NCBI GenBank assembly: GCA_034530875.2 | Contig: JAVRCJ020000016.1 | Location: 96,001 to 160,000, forward strand | From: Nostoc sp. DedSLP01 | GTDB taxonomy: Bacteria; Cyanobacteriota; Cyanobacteriia; Cyanobacteriales; Nostocaceae | Direction of reading: 5' to 3' | Length of the DNA stretch: 64,000 nucleotides | Shown here: positions 21,727-31,825 of the stretch, piece after piece | Numbering within the stretch: position 1 is the first letter of the stretch | Layout of the letters: every line of letters begins with the position of its first letter | The notes under the pieces: generated by a model | What the model was told of the DNA's origin: nothing | Seen by the model: the letters and a program-made list of their open reading frames with translations, nothing else | The model's database searches: none | Program-made: the position numbers and the translations under genes

Positions 21727-22248
21727 ATGGGACTTTTCGATCAAATTCTCGGTGCTGTTGCGAATCCCAATCAACAGGGCAGTTTAGGTCAAATAGGGAG
21801 TATTGTTAACACTGTAAATCAACTGAGCGATCGCACTGGCACAGATCCTTCTACCATCCAATCGGTTTTGTCAATTGTCGGTAGTCAAGTTCGTTCGGCT
21901 TTACAACACAAACAAGCCACAGATGGTAACGAAGCCGCAGAAACTCTAGTCAATCAATATGCTGGTACTTCTCCTAACCCCCAAGCAGTTGATTCCCTAT
22001 TTCCTGGCGGTATCCAACAGCAAGTAGCTGAAATTGCTGCCCAACGCACAGGCTTAGATCCTAATCTGGTTCAACAATTACTGCCTTTAGCAGTACCTTT
22101 AGTACTGAATTTTCTCCAATCAGGCGCCAATGCTCAAAATCCCCAAGGAGGCGGAAATCCCGTCCTCAATTCCTTCTTAGATGCTGACCGCGATGGAGAT
22201 GTTGATATCGCCGACGCCCTACAAATGGCCAGTCGTTACATCAGTTAA
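21727..22248 (+). CDS. DUF937-like protein
   Basis: MGLFDQILGA..., C-terminal EF-hand-like DADRDGDVDIAD. Confidence 0.75.
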   Translation: MGLFDQILGAVANPNQQGSLGQIGSIVNTVNQLSDRTGTDPSTIQSVLSIVGSQVRSALQHKQATDGNEAAETLVNQYAGTSPNPQAVDSLFPGGIQQQVAEIAAQRTGLDPNLVQQLLPLAVPLVLNFLQSGANAQNPQGGGNPVLNSFLDADRDGDVDIADALQMASRYIS

Positions 22249-22361
22249 CGAAGGCAGGAGGCAGGGGGCAGAAGGCAGGAGGTCGTTTTTGTAACGAGAA
22301 TTCATACCCCATTCCAAGAACTTTGGACGAAGTACGGTTTTTGACCCGATTGATTCGATAA
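22245..22361 (+). mobile_element. Dispersed repeat family A, copy 1
   Basis: TTAACGAAGGCAGGAGG...GACCCGATTG.TTCGATAA; near-identical to 23104-23206, 42099-42206 and 56547-56697. Confidence 0.8.
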
Positions 22362-22473
22362 TAATTCTCTTTGCCCCAAAACATATCAGACATCGGCAAA
22401 AAACCTTGCTAGATTCTAAACTTAGACATAGGCTCAAAAGAAGTGAAATCTCCTAAGACAAATCACACAGTCT

Positions 22474-23034
22474 ATGGCTAAACTTTTTGACTGTATTACT
22501 GAAGAACTGCAAAACTTTATTGCTGCCCAACACATTTTCTTTGTTGGTTCTGCACCCTTAAGTTCTACTGGTCATGTTAACCTGTCTCCTAAAGGTTTGA
22601 ATTGCTTTCGCATCCTCTCTCCCAATCGAGTTGGTTATATAGACCTTACAGGCAGCGGCAACGAAACTTCCGCCCATTTACAAGAAAATGGGCGAATTAC
22701 TTTCATGTTTTGCGCCTTTGAAGAACCTGCTTGTATCCTGCGCCTTTACGGTCAAGGAAATACAATTTTACCGAATTCTCCAGACTGGAATTCCCTGTAC
22801 TCTTTATTTCCAGAAATACCAGGAACTCGTCAAATTATCGTCGCTGACATCCAAAAAGTACAAACATCCTGCGGTTTTGGCGTACCGCTTTATGAATATC
22901 GAGGTCAGCGCGAAACTCTAGTAAATTGGGCTAATAAAAAAGGTGAAGAAGGACTTAGAGAATATCAACAGCAGAAAAATCTCGTTAGTCTCGATGGTTT
23001 ATCGGCTCCACTGAGTAAGTTACTTTCCAATTGA
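22474..23034 (+). CDS. Pyridoxamine 5'-phosphate oxidase-like FMN-binding protein
   Basis: VNLSPKG, DLTGSGNETSAH..ENGRIT.MFCAF, TSCGFGVP. Confidence 0.9.
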   Translation: MAKLFDCITEELQNFIAAQHIFFVGSAPLSSTGHVNLSPKGLNCFRILSPNRVGYIDLTGSGNETSAHLQENGRITFMFCAFEEPACILRLYGQGNTILPNSPDWNSLYSLFPEIPGTRQIIVADIQKVQTSCGFGVPLYEYRGQRETLVNWANKKGEEGLREYQQQKNLVSLDGLSAPLSKLLSN

Positions 23035-23103
23035 AAAAAGCAGGTTTAGGGCAGGATTTATATCGAGTTAACTGAGATAATATTATTTTTTTGGGAAGTA
23101 GTT

Positions 23104-23206
23104 TTAACGAAGGCAGGAGGCAGGAGGCCGTTTTTGTAACGAGGATTTATACCCCGTTCCAAAAACTTTGGACGAAGTACGGTTTTAGACCCGATTGTTT
23201 CGATAA
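23104..23206 (+). mobile_element. Dispersed repeat family A, copy 2
   Basis: Direct repeat of 22245-22361. Confidence 0.8.
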
Positions 23207-23220
23207 CTTGGTATTAAAAC

Positions 23221-23736
23221 ATGATAAATTATTCTATTTTTCCACTCACAGAAAAAGATGAGCCTTTTCTGTGGCAGATGCTTTACGAAGCAGCGCATCT
23301 GGGGAAAGAAGGTAATTTGAAAGTACAAGATGCAATGAATCATCCCGATTTAGCAAAATATGTAAAAAATTGGGGATGTAAAGATGATAGTGGGTTTGTT
23401 GCGATTTTAGAAAGTACTAATCAACCAGTGGGAGCAGCGTGGTTGCGTTTATTGACAGGTGAAAATAAAGGATATGGTTATATTAGCGATCGCATTCCCG
23501 AATTAGCAATTGCAATTCTCCCCGAATATCGCAATCAAGGCATAGGCACGCAGTTACTCAAGCATTTATTAGCAGCAGCTAAAACAGCTTATCCATCAAT
23601 ATCTCTCAGCATTCGCGCAACAAATCCTGCCTTGGCTTTATATCAAAGATTAGGTTTTGAAGTTGTCCCCGGTAGTGAAACAATCAACAGAGTGGGCGGA
23701 ATCTCTTTAAAAATGATAGTTGATTTATCAAAATAG
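23221..23736 (+). CDS. GNAT N-acetyltransferase
   Basis: YRNQGIGT, NPALALYQRLGF. Confidence 0.9.
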   Translation: MINYSIFPLTEKDEPFLWQMLYEAAHLGKEGNLKVQDAMNHPDLAKYVKNWGCKDDSGFVAILESTNQPVGAAWLRLLTGENKGYGYISDRIPELAIAILPEYRNQGIGTQLLKHLLAAAKTAYPSISLSIRATNPALALYQRLGFEVVPGSETINRVGGISLKMIVDLSK

Positions 23737-23795
23737 AATTCAGATTTCCCTGGCTATGCAACTAAGTTATCCAAATCAAAACAGACTGCTATCAA

Positions 23796-26144
23796 TTACT
23801 TATCGCACAACATAGGAGAAGGGCTGGAATAATTGGTTTGTGGAACTTGAGCTACAAGGATAATATCACCGCGATCGCTTTCGATCCATCCTTGAGCTTC
23901 TACAATCGGTTGAGGTTCTGGTATTTGTTGTGCGATTTTATTTGTTCTGGCGACTGGCAAATTTACCCAATTTGTAACGATAGCGCGCCCCCGCAATGGT
24001 TCCAACGGACTAGCAGGTAATCCACCCCGTCCTGTAGCTATAAAGCGACCGACTGTTTTTCCTTTGGCGGAACAGCTTTGAACTATTTTTTGAGAAGCAT
24101 CAACTAAATCAGCAGGTAGCTGCACTAAGCCGCGACTAGGGTCTACATCTGGAGTATTAATAGTTACAAATCCTTGAATGCCAAATTCTGAACTAGCAGT
24201 GATATCGCTTAGTGGTGTTAGGCTTTGTTGGGGAAAAATTCCGAAAATACCGCTAGTTGCAATGTCTACTCTGCCACCTTTACCAGTGTAAGCATTAGCA
24301 GTGATGTCACTATTTTCTTGAGGAACGGCAGCAATAAATGGACTGTCGATAATAATATTACCGCCATCGCCGCCAAATCTACTATTACCTGCATCGGTGA
24401 AAATTCGGCTTTCGTTGCGTAGTAATAATAAATCTTGCAACTGCAAGCTAATATCTCCACCCTGTCCAGAGAAGCTAGCCGCGCTAATTTCTCCCTTGTT
24501 ATTCAGAAGGATATTTCGGGCTGTAATATTTAACTCACCTGCACCTTGAGCGCTGGGAGATTCGCTTCTACTAGTAACAGTGATTGCTGCACCATTCGTC
24601 ACACTCAGCTGCCGAGTTGCGATGTTCAGGTTTCCCCCTTTCCCAGTAGGCACAACAGACTCACCACTACGGCTGATTTCCCTAAAATTAGCGCCGACTT
24701 CAGCGACTATTCTGCTACGCAACTCACTATTTCTACTTCTACCAATTAATTGCACCCCATCTAAAGCATTAATTTCAATTTCTCCCCCACTACCAGCCCC
24801 AAAAGTAGAAGCAGATAACTCGGCTCCATCGCTGATAGTCAAATTTTGAGTATTAATTGTCAATTTGCCAGCATTTCCTCTGCCTCGAGTCTGCACGGAT
24901 AATCCACTGGAACGTAGCCCTCCTGATGCACTAAAAGTGCCAATTAATTCTACAGAATCAGAGGCGTTGACCGTAATATTTCCTCCCACTCCATTAACAG
25001 AACTAGCTGATATTCGTCCTCCATCGCGGACAATTAAGCGCTGAGTATTAATCGTTAGTTCCCCTGGTATATTTCCTGTCGCTCGATTGTCAGTAGCGAA
25101 GGAGCTAGGACTTCGACGGTTATCTTGAGGATTATCTGCTGTGGTTCCACTGAGTTCCACTAATTCCGAAGCTGTTACTGTCAACTTTCCCCCTGGTGAA
25201 GTTGTCAGGCTAGTGGTTTCAATTTGAGAACCACCCTGTAGCGTTACCCGTTTACCCCTGATTTGAATTTCACCGCCACTCAAGCCGCTTGCATCTATGG
25301 TTGTCGCTTTCAAGAGCTGAATATCTTGAAAGTTGGTAATACCTTCGTAACCCAAGGAAAAGCCATTAGTTACAGGATTCAAGCTAACTGTACCACCTCT
25401 TACGCTACCTACTTCAATCCTGCCCCCATCTGTCTTTAACGTCCCACCCTCAAAAGTGACATCACCGCCGACCAAAGCCAAGGTTTGATTCATTGGGACG
25501 CGTAAAGCTTCATTAGTATCAATTACAGGGGATTCTTGATTTCTTATACCCCGACCATTTCCTTGGACTAAAATTTTTCCGGGACTATCTCCCAATTGCA
25601 ATCCAATCGGTGCAGTAATAGTTAACAGTGGTGTGATGGCAGATGCAGTGGTATCCAAGCGAGTACCATCAGCAAAAATGATGTTCTGAGCAGTACTAGC
25701 AACAAAAGATCCTGCGATATCCAACCTGGCATTTTGCCCAAAAATTATGCCATTGCGATTGAGCAAAAATAGATTTGCTGCACCATCAACTCCCAAAGTA
25801 CCCAGAATTTGAGAAATGTTATTCCCTGTGACTCTGGCCACAATATTGGTAATTCCTGGGGGATTGGCAAAATAAACTCGCCCAGATTCGCCTAGATTGA
25901 ATTCTTGGAAGCTGTGAAACAAATTAGTATCGCGAATTGCTCCGCCATCAATGCGGTCTGCGGGAAGTCCTTTAATATTGATATTGGGGCTGATAGTTGA
26001 AGAAGATTCGCCTAATGTTTTATCAGGAATAATCTCAGCAGATGCGTGGTTTCCACCATAAAATATGGCAAAGGCAAACACTCCAGCAAGGCTGAAAACT
26101 CCTAAGAATCTTAAAAACCCAATTTTATCTGCTCTAATTGTCAT
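23796..26144 (-). CDS. Filamentous-haemagglutinin N-terminal (TPS-like) domain exoprotein
   Basis: Signal peptide, NLFHSFQEFN, NLFLLNRNGIIFG, Gly/Asn-rich beta-helix repeats, TGRGGLP C-terminal motif. Confidence 0.9.
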   Translation of the reverse strand: MTIRADKIGFLRFLGVFSLAGVFAFAIFYGGNHASAEIIPDKTLGESSSTISPNINIKGLPADRIDGGAIRDTNLFHSFQEFNLGESGRVYFANPPGITNIVARVTGNNISQILGTLGVDGAANLFLLNRNGIIFGQNARLDIAGSFVASTAQNIIFADGTRLDTTASAITPLLTITAPIGLQLGDSPGKILVQGNGRGIRNQESPVIDTNEALRVPMNQTLALVGGDVTFEGGTLKTDGGRIEVGSVRGGTVSLNPVTNGFSLGYEGITNFQDIQLLKATTIDASGLSGGEIQIRGKRVTLQGGSQIETTSLTTSPGGKLTVTASELVELSGTTADNPQDNRRSPSSFATDNRATGNIPGELTINTQRLIVRDGGRISASSVNGVGGNITVNASDSVELIGTFSASGGLRSSGLSVQTRGRGNAGKLTINTQNLTISDGAELSASTFGAGSGGEIEINALDGVQLIGRSRNSELRSRIVAEVGANFREISRSGESVVPTGKGGNLNIATRQLSVTNGAAITVTSRSESPSAQGAGELNITARNILLNNKGEISAASFSGQGGDISLQLQDLLLLRNESRIFTDAGNSRFGGDGGNIIIDSPFIAAVPQENSDITANAYTGKGGRVDIATSGIFGIFPQQSLTPLSDITASSEFGIQGFVTINTPDVDPSRGLVQLPADLVDASQKIVQSCSAKGKTVGRFIATGRGGLPASPLEPLRGRAIVTNWVNLPVARTNKIAQQIPEPQPIVEAQGWIESDRGDIILVAQVPQTNYSSPSPMLCDK

Positions 26145-26539
26145 ATCAAAGCCAACCTCACAGTTGTTGATTTTACACGCGCAGCAGTTTTGCAACAGCT
26201 GCGCGAATTTAATATCTAGTTAATTGCCAGCTAAAAGAATTAGAATAGGCTCTGCAAATAAGTACCCAATTGAAATTGCGAACTTAAAATCTGCTGTAAT
26301 TTCCTCAAAGATGCTGTCTAAATCGAAGTTAAATTTTATAATTTTAAAACAATTGCCATGTTCTCTATGCTAAGAACTGTTAAAGAGTAATTGCCATATT
26401 GGTCGCTAGAGTAATTCTATTTCATCAGTCAAAGATTAAAATAATCCTAGTTCGGATAATTGTAAAAGCTATTATTTTTGTAATTCTTAAACTAGCTTCT
26501 CTTTCCCTACAGTGTAAAAATAAGAAACACTAAATAGTT

Positions 26540-26573
26540 AAAAAAGGTGCGTTAGCGTTTCGCTAAACGCACC
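26540..26573 (-). terminator. Hairpin plus T-run downstream of the RTX gene
   Basis: GGTGCGTTAGCG-TTT-CGCTAAACGCACC preceded by an A-run on the + strand. Confidence 0.5.
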
Positions 26574-26630
26574 CTCCTACAAAGACTTAATTTTGTTCAA
26601 AAACGAAACCGGATTGCTATCAGTCCAGTT

Positions 26631-27737
26631 TTAAACTAAAAGGATGTCAAGACTAGGAATAAATCCACTACCTAAGTTGGGTTGGAGAGAGGCAAATTGC
26701 ACTGCTCCGACGCCATCATAAGGAGATTGGTCAAAGTACAAAGCACCGCTGCTGTTGTTATAACTAAACTGGCTGGTAGAACTAGCACCAAATCCTAGTT
26801 TAGAAATCTGAATTTTATCTCCTTCAAAGTACTTAAAGTCTGAAATGTAATCCAGTCCATCATAGAGAGAGTCGAAGACAAATTTATCGGCTCCGGTTCC
26901 TCCGGTAAGATAATCGTTATCTTTACGACCATTTAAAATATCATTGCCTTCTCCTCCGTAGAGAAAGTCATAGCCTTCGCCACCATTGAGAAGATCGTTG
27001 CCACTGTTGCCGTAAAGAATATCGTTATCGCCCTGACCGAAGAGAGAATCATTGTCGTTACCTCCATAGATGGTATCTCTGCCAGTGCCTCCTAAGAGAG
27101 AATCATTGCCACTACCTCCGTCAAGATAGTCATCGAAAGCCCCTGCATTCAATGTATCGTTGCCACCATTGCCGTATAGGGTATCAGTGGTGTTGTTGAA
27201 GGTAAAGCTATCAGCGTTATTACTGCCTTTGAAGGAAATTTTTTCGACGTTAGTGAAGGAAAAACTGTAAGGGGTGGTGGTATATGAGTAGTCGGCTACG
27301 AGTAAATCGACTCCTGCGCCGCCATCTATATAATCATTAGTTCCAGAGCCAGGGTTAAGGGTATCGTTGCCATCTCCTCCATAGAGAACGTCGCTGCCGC
27401 TACCTCCGTTCAGATAATCATCGAAAGCCCCTGCATTCAATGTATCGTTGCCACCATTACCGTATAGGGTATCAGTAGTGTTGTTGAAGGTAAAATTATC
27501 AGCGCTATTACTGCCTTTGAATAAAACTTTTTCGATATTATTGAAGGAAAAGCTGTAAGGAGTGCTGACATTGGAGTAGTCTGCTACGAGTAAATCAACC
27601 CCTGCACCGCCATCTACATAATCATAAAGTCCAGACCCAGGATTTAAGGTATCGTTTCCTCCAAGCCCATAGATATTATCAGTATAAATACTACCAAGAA
27701 TATTGTCATTCCAGTTAGTTCCAGTGTAAGTAGGCAT
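26631..27737 (-). CDS. RTX/haemolysin-type calcium-binding protein
   Basis: GGxGxDxL nonapeptides; start MPTYTG at 27737; 288-bp internal duplication. Confidence 0.9.
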   Translation of the reverse strand: MPTYTGTNWNDNILGSIYTDNIYGLGGNDTLNPGSGLYDYVDGGAGVDLLVADYSNVSTPYSFSFNNIEKVLFKGSNSADNFTFNNTTDTLYGNGGNDTLNAGAFDDYLNGGSGSDVLYGGDGNDTLNPGSGTNDYIDGGAGVDLLVADYSYTTTPYSFSFTNVEKISFKGSNNADSFTFNNTTDTLYGNGGNDTLNAGAFDDYLDGGSGNDSLLGGTGRDTIYGGNDNDSLFGQGDNDILYGNSGNDLLNGGEGYDFLYGGEGNDILNGRKDNDYLTGGTGADKFVFDSLYDGLDYISDFKYFEGDKIQISKLGFGASSTSQFSYNNSSGALYFDQSPYDGVGAVQFASLQPNLGSGFIPSLDILLV

Positions 27738-27943
27738 TCTAGTTATTCCTCTGAATAAAAGTAAAAGTTTTAGTTTTAGCAAGCTCTATCTGAGGTGATA
27801 TTTCATCAGATAAAGACCAATTAGAAGTTCGGTTTTAGACTTGAGTTAAGTCAATCTTCCTTCTGAGGTTATGTACGATGAGTTGGATTTTCTTATGCAC
27901 CCCAAGCAGAAATTTTTTTTTGGACATTGGGAAGAGGCGGTTT

Positions 27944-28055
27944 TAATACTGCTCGGTTAAGCATTTTTAACTCGGCATTGGGTTTGGGGAAAAGGTTAAA
28001 GGATAAAGGTTAAAGGTTTTTTCTATCCCCTTTTCCCCTTAACCGACAAGTATTG
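27944..28055. mobile_element. MITE, CAATAC..CGGTTAAG family (degenerate copy)
   Basis: Ends TAATACTGCTCGGTTAAG / CTTAACCGACAAGTATTG; degenerate 10-bp flanks GAGGCGGTTT / GAGGTGGTTC. Confidence 0.7.
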
Positions 28056-28142
28056 GAGGTGGTTCTTTTTGGCAGCCGATCGCTCGAATGTAAAAATCAC
28101 TTATGCTTAAATAGTTAGTTTTCAACCCTCAACAGCAAGAAA

Positions 28143-30737
28143 ATGTATCGCAGGCGATTCCATCGCACCATCTCTGGCTGGGTTTTCATTTTGATGGTGT
28201 TGGTGACAGCATTTGTGTGTGTTATTGCTACTCCCGTCACTGCCAAAATGACGATGGTAGAGTCTGCCAAACCTTTGCTGGCTGAGAATGTCCAAACGCC
28301 TGATTTGCTACAACAGGGCAAAATCCTCTATGATGCTGGACGCTTTGCCGAATCTGTGGAGATTTTGCAAAAAGCAGCGATCGCTTTTCGCAACCAAGGC
28401 AATAAAATCCGGCAAGCTGTGGCATTAAGTAATTTGGCGTTGGTATATCAAAAATTGGGTAATTTGACACCAGCACAGCAGACAATTACTGAGAGTATAC
28501 AATTGCTGGAAAAAGCTCCAGGAGATGTAAAAAAGGTTCTGCCGCCAATTCTAGATATTCAAGGTGGTATTCAATTAGACTTGGGACAAAATCAACAAGC
28601 GTTGGAAACTTGGCAACGCGCCCAAGCAATTTATCAGCAATTAGGCGATCGCAATGGTGTTATCCAGGCTGGTATCAACCAAGCACAAGCATGGCAAGTT
28701 TTGGGATTTTATCGTCGGGGTTTGACATTATTAACGCAATTGCAGGATGAGTTGGAATCGCAACCCGACTCAATTACCAAAGTTGTAGAATTGCGATCGC
28801 TTGGAGATGCCTTGCAACTGGCTGGAAATTTACAGCAATCTCGTCAGGTATTGCAGCAAAGTCTAGAAATTGCCCAAAAATTAAAATCTTCAGAAAATGT
28901 CAGTGCTGCCTTGTTCAGTTTAGGCAATGGGGCGCGGGTACAGCAAGATTTAGCAAGCGCGATCGCTTTTTACCAACAAGCTGCTGCTGTCGCACCTAGC
29001 GCGATGATTAAAATTCAAGCTCAAATTAACCAGTTAAGTTTGCTAGTTAACAAAGGACAACTAACAACCGCACAGCAATTATTTCCTCAGATTCAGACTC
29101 AACTTGCCAATTTACCACCATCTATTGCAAGTATCTATGCCCGCATTTATCTAGTTCAAAGCTTGCTGAAATTAAGGCAACCTCCTATAGTAATAGCTGA
29201 AATCTCCGCCACCGCCGTGCAGCAAGCTAGAGATATAGGAGATCCGCAAGCTTTGAGTTTTGCTTTGGGTACTTTGGGCAGTGTTTACGAACAAAATCGG
29301 CAATGGTCAACTGCTCAAGAGCTTACCGAGCAAGCACTTAATATAGCTCAAAATATTAATGCACCAGATATTGCTTATCGTTGGCATTGGCAGTTAGGAC
29401 GATTATTAAAACAGCAGGGAAATATTCCCAATGCCATCGGTGCTTATGATATTGCAGTTGATGAGTTGCAGACTCTCCGCAGCGATTTGGTAGCTGTAAA
29501 TCGCGATGTGCAGTTTTCTTTTAAAGAAAGCGTAGAACCTGTTTATCGAGAGTCAGTAGAATTATTATTGCAATCCTACCAAAGCGATCGCAGGGAAGAA
29601 AATTTAGACAAAGCTAGGCAGAGAATGGAAGCACTGCAACTAGCAGAATTAGACGACTTCTTCCGCGAAGCTTGCGTGCAAGCTAAAACTGTTCTGCTGG
29701 ACACAGTGGTAGACCGAGAAAATCCGACAACAGCGATCGTTTATCCGATTATTCTGCCCCAGGAATTGCAGGTAATCGTCAAAATTCCCAAACAACCCCT
29801 GCACCATTATGTAATTGAGAAATCCCAAGCTGAGGTAGAAAATATCCTCAAGCAAATGCAGGAGTATATCCTCGAACCTGACAGAACCGAGGAAGTAGAA
29901 TCGTTATCTCAACAAGTATATAACTGGTTAATTCAACCCATTGAGTCTGATTTAAAAAATAGTAAAGTCGATACTCTAGTATTTGTACTAGATGGAGCAT
30001 TACGAAATGTACCAATAGCTGCTCTGTATGATGGTAAGCAATATTTAGTAGAAAAGTACGCAGTTGCTCTGAGCTTGGGATTGCAATCGTTTGAATCCAA
30101 GCCTTTGGCAGAAACAAAACTCAACGTTCTAGCTGGTGGTTTAGTGGAACCGCCACCAGAGTTTCAAAAAAAATTTCCGCCATTACCAGAAATTAAGTCA
30201 GAATTCAGTTTGATTTCGCAAGCAGGAGTAACTACCACCGAATTATTAGATCGGCAATTCAATAGTAAGAATCTAGAAACTCAGGTGAATGCCACCCCGT
30301 TTAACATCTTACATTTGGCAACTCATGGTCAATTTAGTTCTCGTGCGGAGGATACTTTTATACTTGCTGCCGATGGGCCGATTAACGTTATACAGTTTGA
30401 TAGTTTGTTACGTCGTCGAGACGAAACTCAAACACAAAGCTTAGATATGTTGGTTTTGAGTGCTTGTCAAACTGCCCTTGGCGATAATCGCGCTACCTTA
30501 GGACTAGCAGGTGCATCCGTGAAGGCTGGAGCGCGCAGTACTTTAGCTTCGCTGTGGCATATCAATGATAAATCTACTGCTATCTTCATTGGTGAATTCT
30601 ACCGTGAATTAGCTAAAACTAAAGTCACGAAAGCAGAAGCTTTGCGTCGCGCTCAGGTGACTCTGTTGCAGAACTATCCCAATTACAGCCGTCCAGCTTT
30701 TTGGGCGCCGTATGTATTAGTTGGCCAGTGGCGTTGA
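28143..30737 (+). CDS. TPR + CHAT (caspase-like) domain protein
   Basis: Signal peptide, TPR repeats, HLATHG and LSACQT dyad motifs. Confidence 0.92.
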   Translation: MYRRRFHRTISGWVFILMVLVTAFVCVIATPVTAKMTMVESAKPLLAENVQTPDLLQQGKILYDAGRFAESVEILQKAAIAFRNQGNKIRQAVALSNLALVYQKLGNLTPAQQTITESIQLLEKAPGDVKKVLPPILDIQGGIQLDLGQNQQALETWQRAQAIYQQLGDRNGVIQAGINQAQAWQVLGFYRRGLTLLTQLQDELESQPDSITKVVELRSLGDALQLAGNLQQSRQVLQQSLEIAQKLKSSENVSAALFSLGNGARVQQDLASAIAFYQQAAAVAPSAMIKIQAQINQLSLLVNKGQLTTAQQLFPQIQTQLANLPPSIASIYARIYLVQSLLKLRQPPIVIAEISATAVQQARDIGDPQALSFALGTLGSVYEQNRQWSTAQELTEQALNIAQNINAPDIAYRWHWQLGRLLKQQGNIPNAIGAYDIAVDELQTLRSDLVAVNRDVQFSFKESVEPVYRESVELLLQSYQSDRREENLDKARQRMEALQLAELDDFFREACVQAKTVLLDTVVDRENPTTAIVYPIILPQELQVIVKIPKQPLHHYVIEKSQAEVENILKQMQEYILEPDRTEEVESLSQQVYNWLIQPIESDLKNSKVDTLVFVLDGALRNVPIAALYDGKQYLVEKYAVALSLGLQSFESKPLAETKLNVLAGGLVEPPPEFQKKFPPLPEIKSEFSLISQAGVTTTELLDRQFNSKNLETQVNATPFNILHLATHGQFSSRAEDTFILAADGPINVIQFDSLLRRRDETQTQSLDMLVLSACQTALGDNRATLGLAGASVKAGARSTLASLWHINDKSTAIFIGEFYRELAKTKVTKAEALRRAQVTLLQNYPNYSRPAFWAPYVLVGQWR

Positions 30738-30881
30738 TTTGGGAAAGTCTGTAATTATTTTGGTATTTAGATTCGCTACTAATTAAGCAATCCGATTTGA
30801 TTCGGAGAATTACTTGCTTATATCAATTCACGAAATTACCGATAAAAACCTCTTCTGAATAAACTTAATTTATTCAGTATC

Positions 30882-31040
30882 TATAGGACTCACATTTGAT
30901 TGCGTGAAAAAAATCAGTAAATCCATACAAGGCTTCTGCCCTAATCCCTACTCCCCATTCCCTACTCCCTGTCTATCGCGCTTGCGCTGCGCTTCACGCA
31001 CCACACAAATAAATTCTCCAAATCAACCCGGATTCCTATA
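30882..31040. mobile_element. MITE-like element, TATAGG family, with a GC-rich insert
   Basis: TATAGGACTCACATTTGATT ... AATCAACCCGGATTCCTATA. Confidence 0.7.
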
Positions 31041-31179
31041 GCAGTAGTAGGACGCAGGAAAATCAAGTGTAATTTGATGTTACAAAAAAAATCAGTTACC
31101 CCTGTCAAACACTCTGGAATTTGCTTGTCTGTTTTTGTAGCTTTAAAAAGCTCAAATTATCAATTTTTGAGGTTAGAAA

Positions 31180-31548
31180 ATGAAGAAGTTCACCTGTTTG
31201 ATGATTTGCGGGGCAGTATTGTCGATTAGTGCGCCAGCATTGGCTGAAACTCGTGCGGTTAATATCAGTATTGGCAGTATTGGTGGCGCTTTAGATAATG
31301 CGGCTTTGCGAACAATTCGCCAAGTTATCGGATTTGGGGTTGGTACCGGCACCGTCGATAAATTTATTGTATATAGTCCCAGGACTGGTTCTGTTCCCAT
31401 CGAAGGCGGGTTAACGGCTTGTGCTGAAGCTGGCTTTGGCATCAACAATACAAAATTTAATGCTTTTATCCAAGAACTGCGTTCAATTAAACCCAAACCA
31501 GGAACTTTCTACAATATAGAACTTACCGAAAGCTGCAAACTCAAATGA
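31180..31548 (+). CDS. Secreted hypothetical protein
   Basis: GAGG RBS; signal peptide MKKF...PALA. Confidence 0.7.
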   Translation: MKKFTCLMICGAVLSISAPALAETRAVNISIGSIGGALDNAALRTIRQVIGFGVGTGTVDKFIVYSPRTGSVPIEGGLTACAEAGFGINNTKFNAFIQELRSIKPKPGTFYNIELTESCKLK

Positions 31549-31825
31549 GAATGTTGAGAAAGTTAAGTTTGTTTTCTGATGAACGCGGAGTTGATTAGGT
31601 TAGCGATAATACATCTCATGATGTGATAATAGACCGCACAGATAATCAATCCGTTTCCAAGCAACAGCAGCCTGTTGTTACTTGAAGGATAAAGTAGCAG
31701 TTCTCGCCACTTTATCCTTTACTACATAGGCGGCCAAGATATGTTTCATAAAATACATCTGAGTAATGAAATGAAAACTATCAGTGAAACGTAATGCATC
31801 TTTTGTGTCTCGTAGGTAGTTCGCT

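Noticed and set aside
23796..30737. Contact-dependent inhibition system
   Set aside because: The FHA-domain protein is short, with no evident toxin tip, immunity gene or adjacent TpsB; FHA plus CHAT pairing is common in cyanobacteria.
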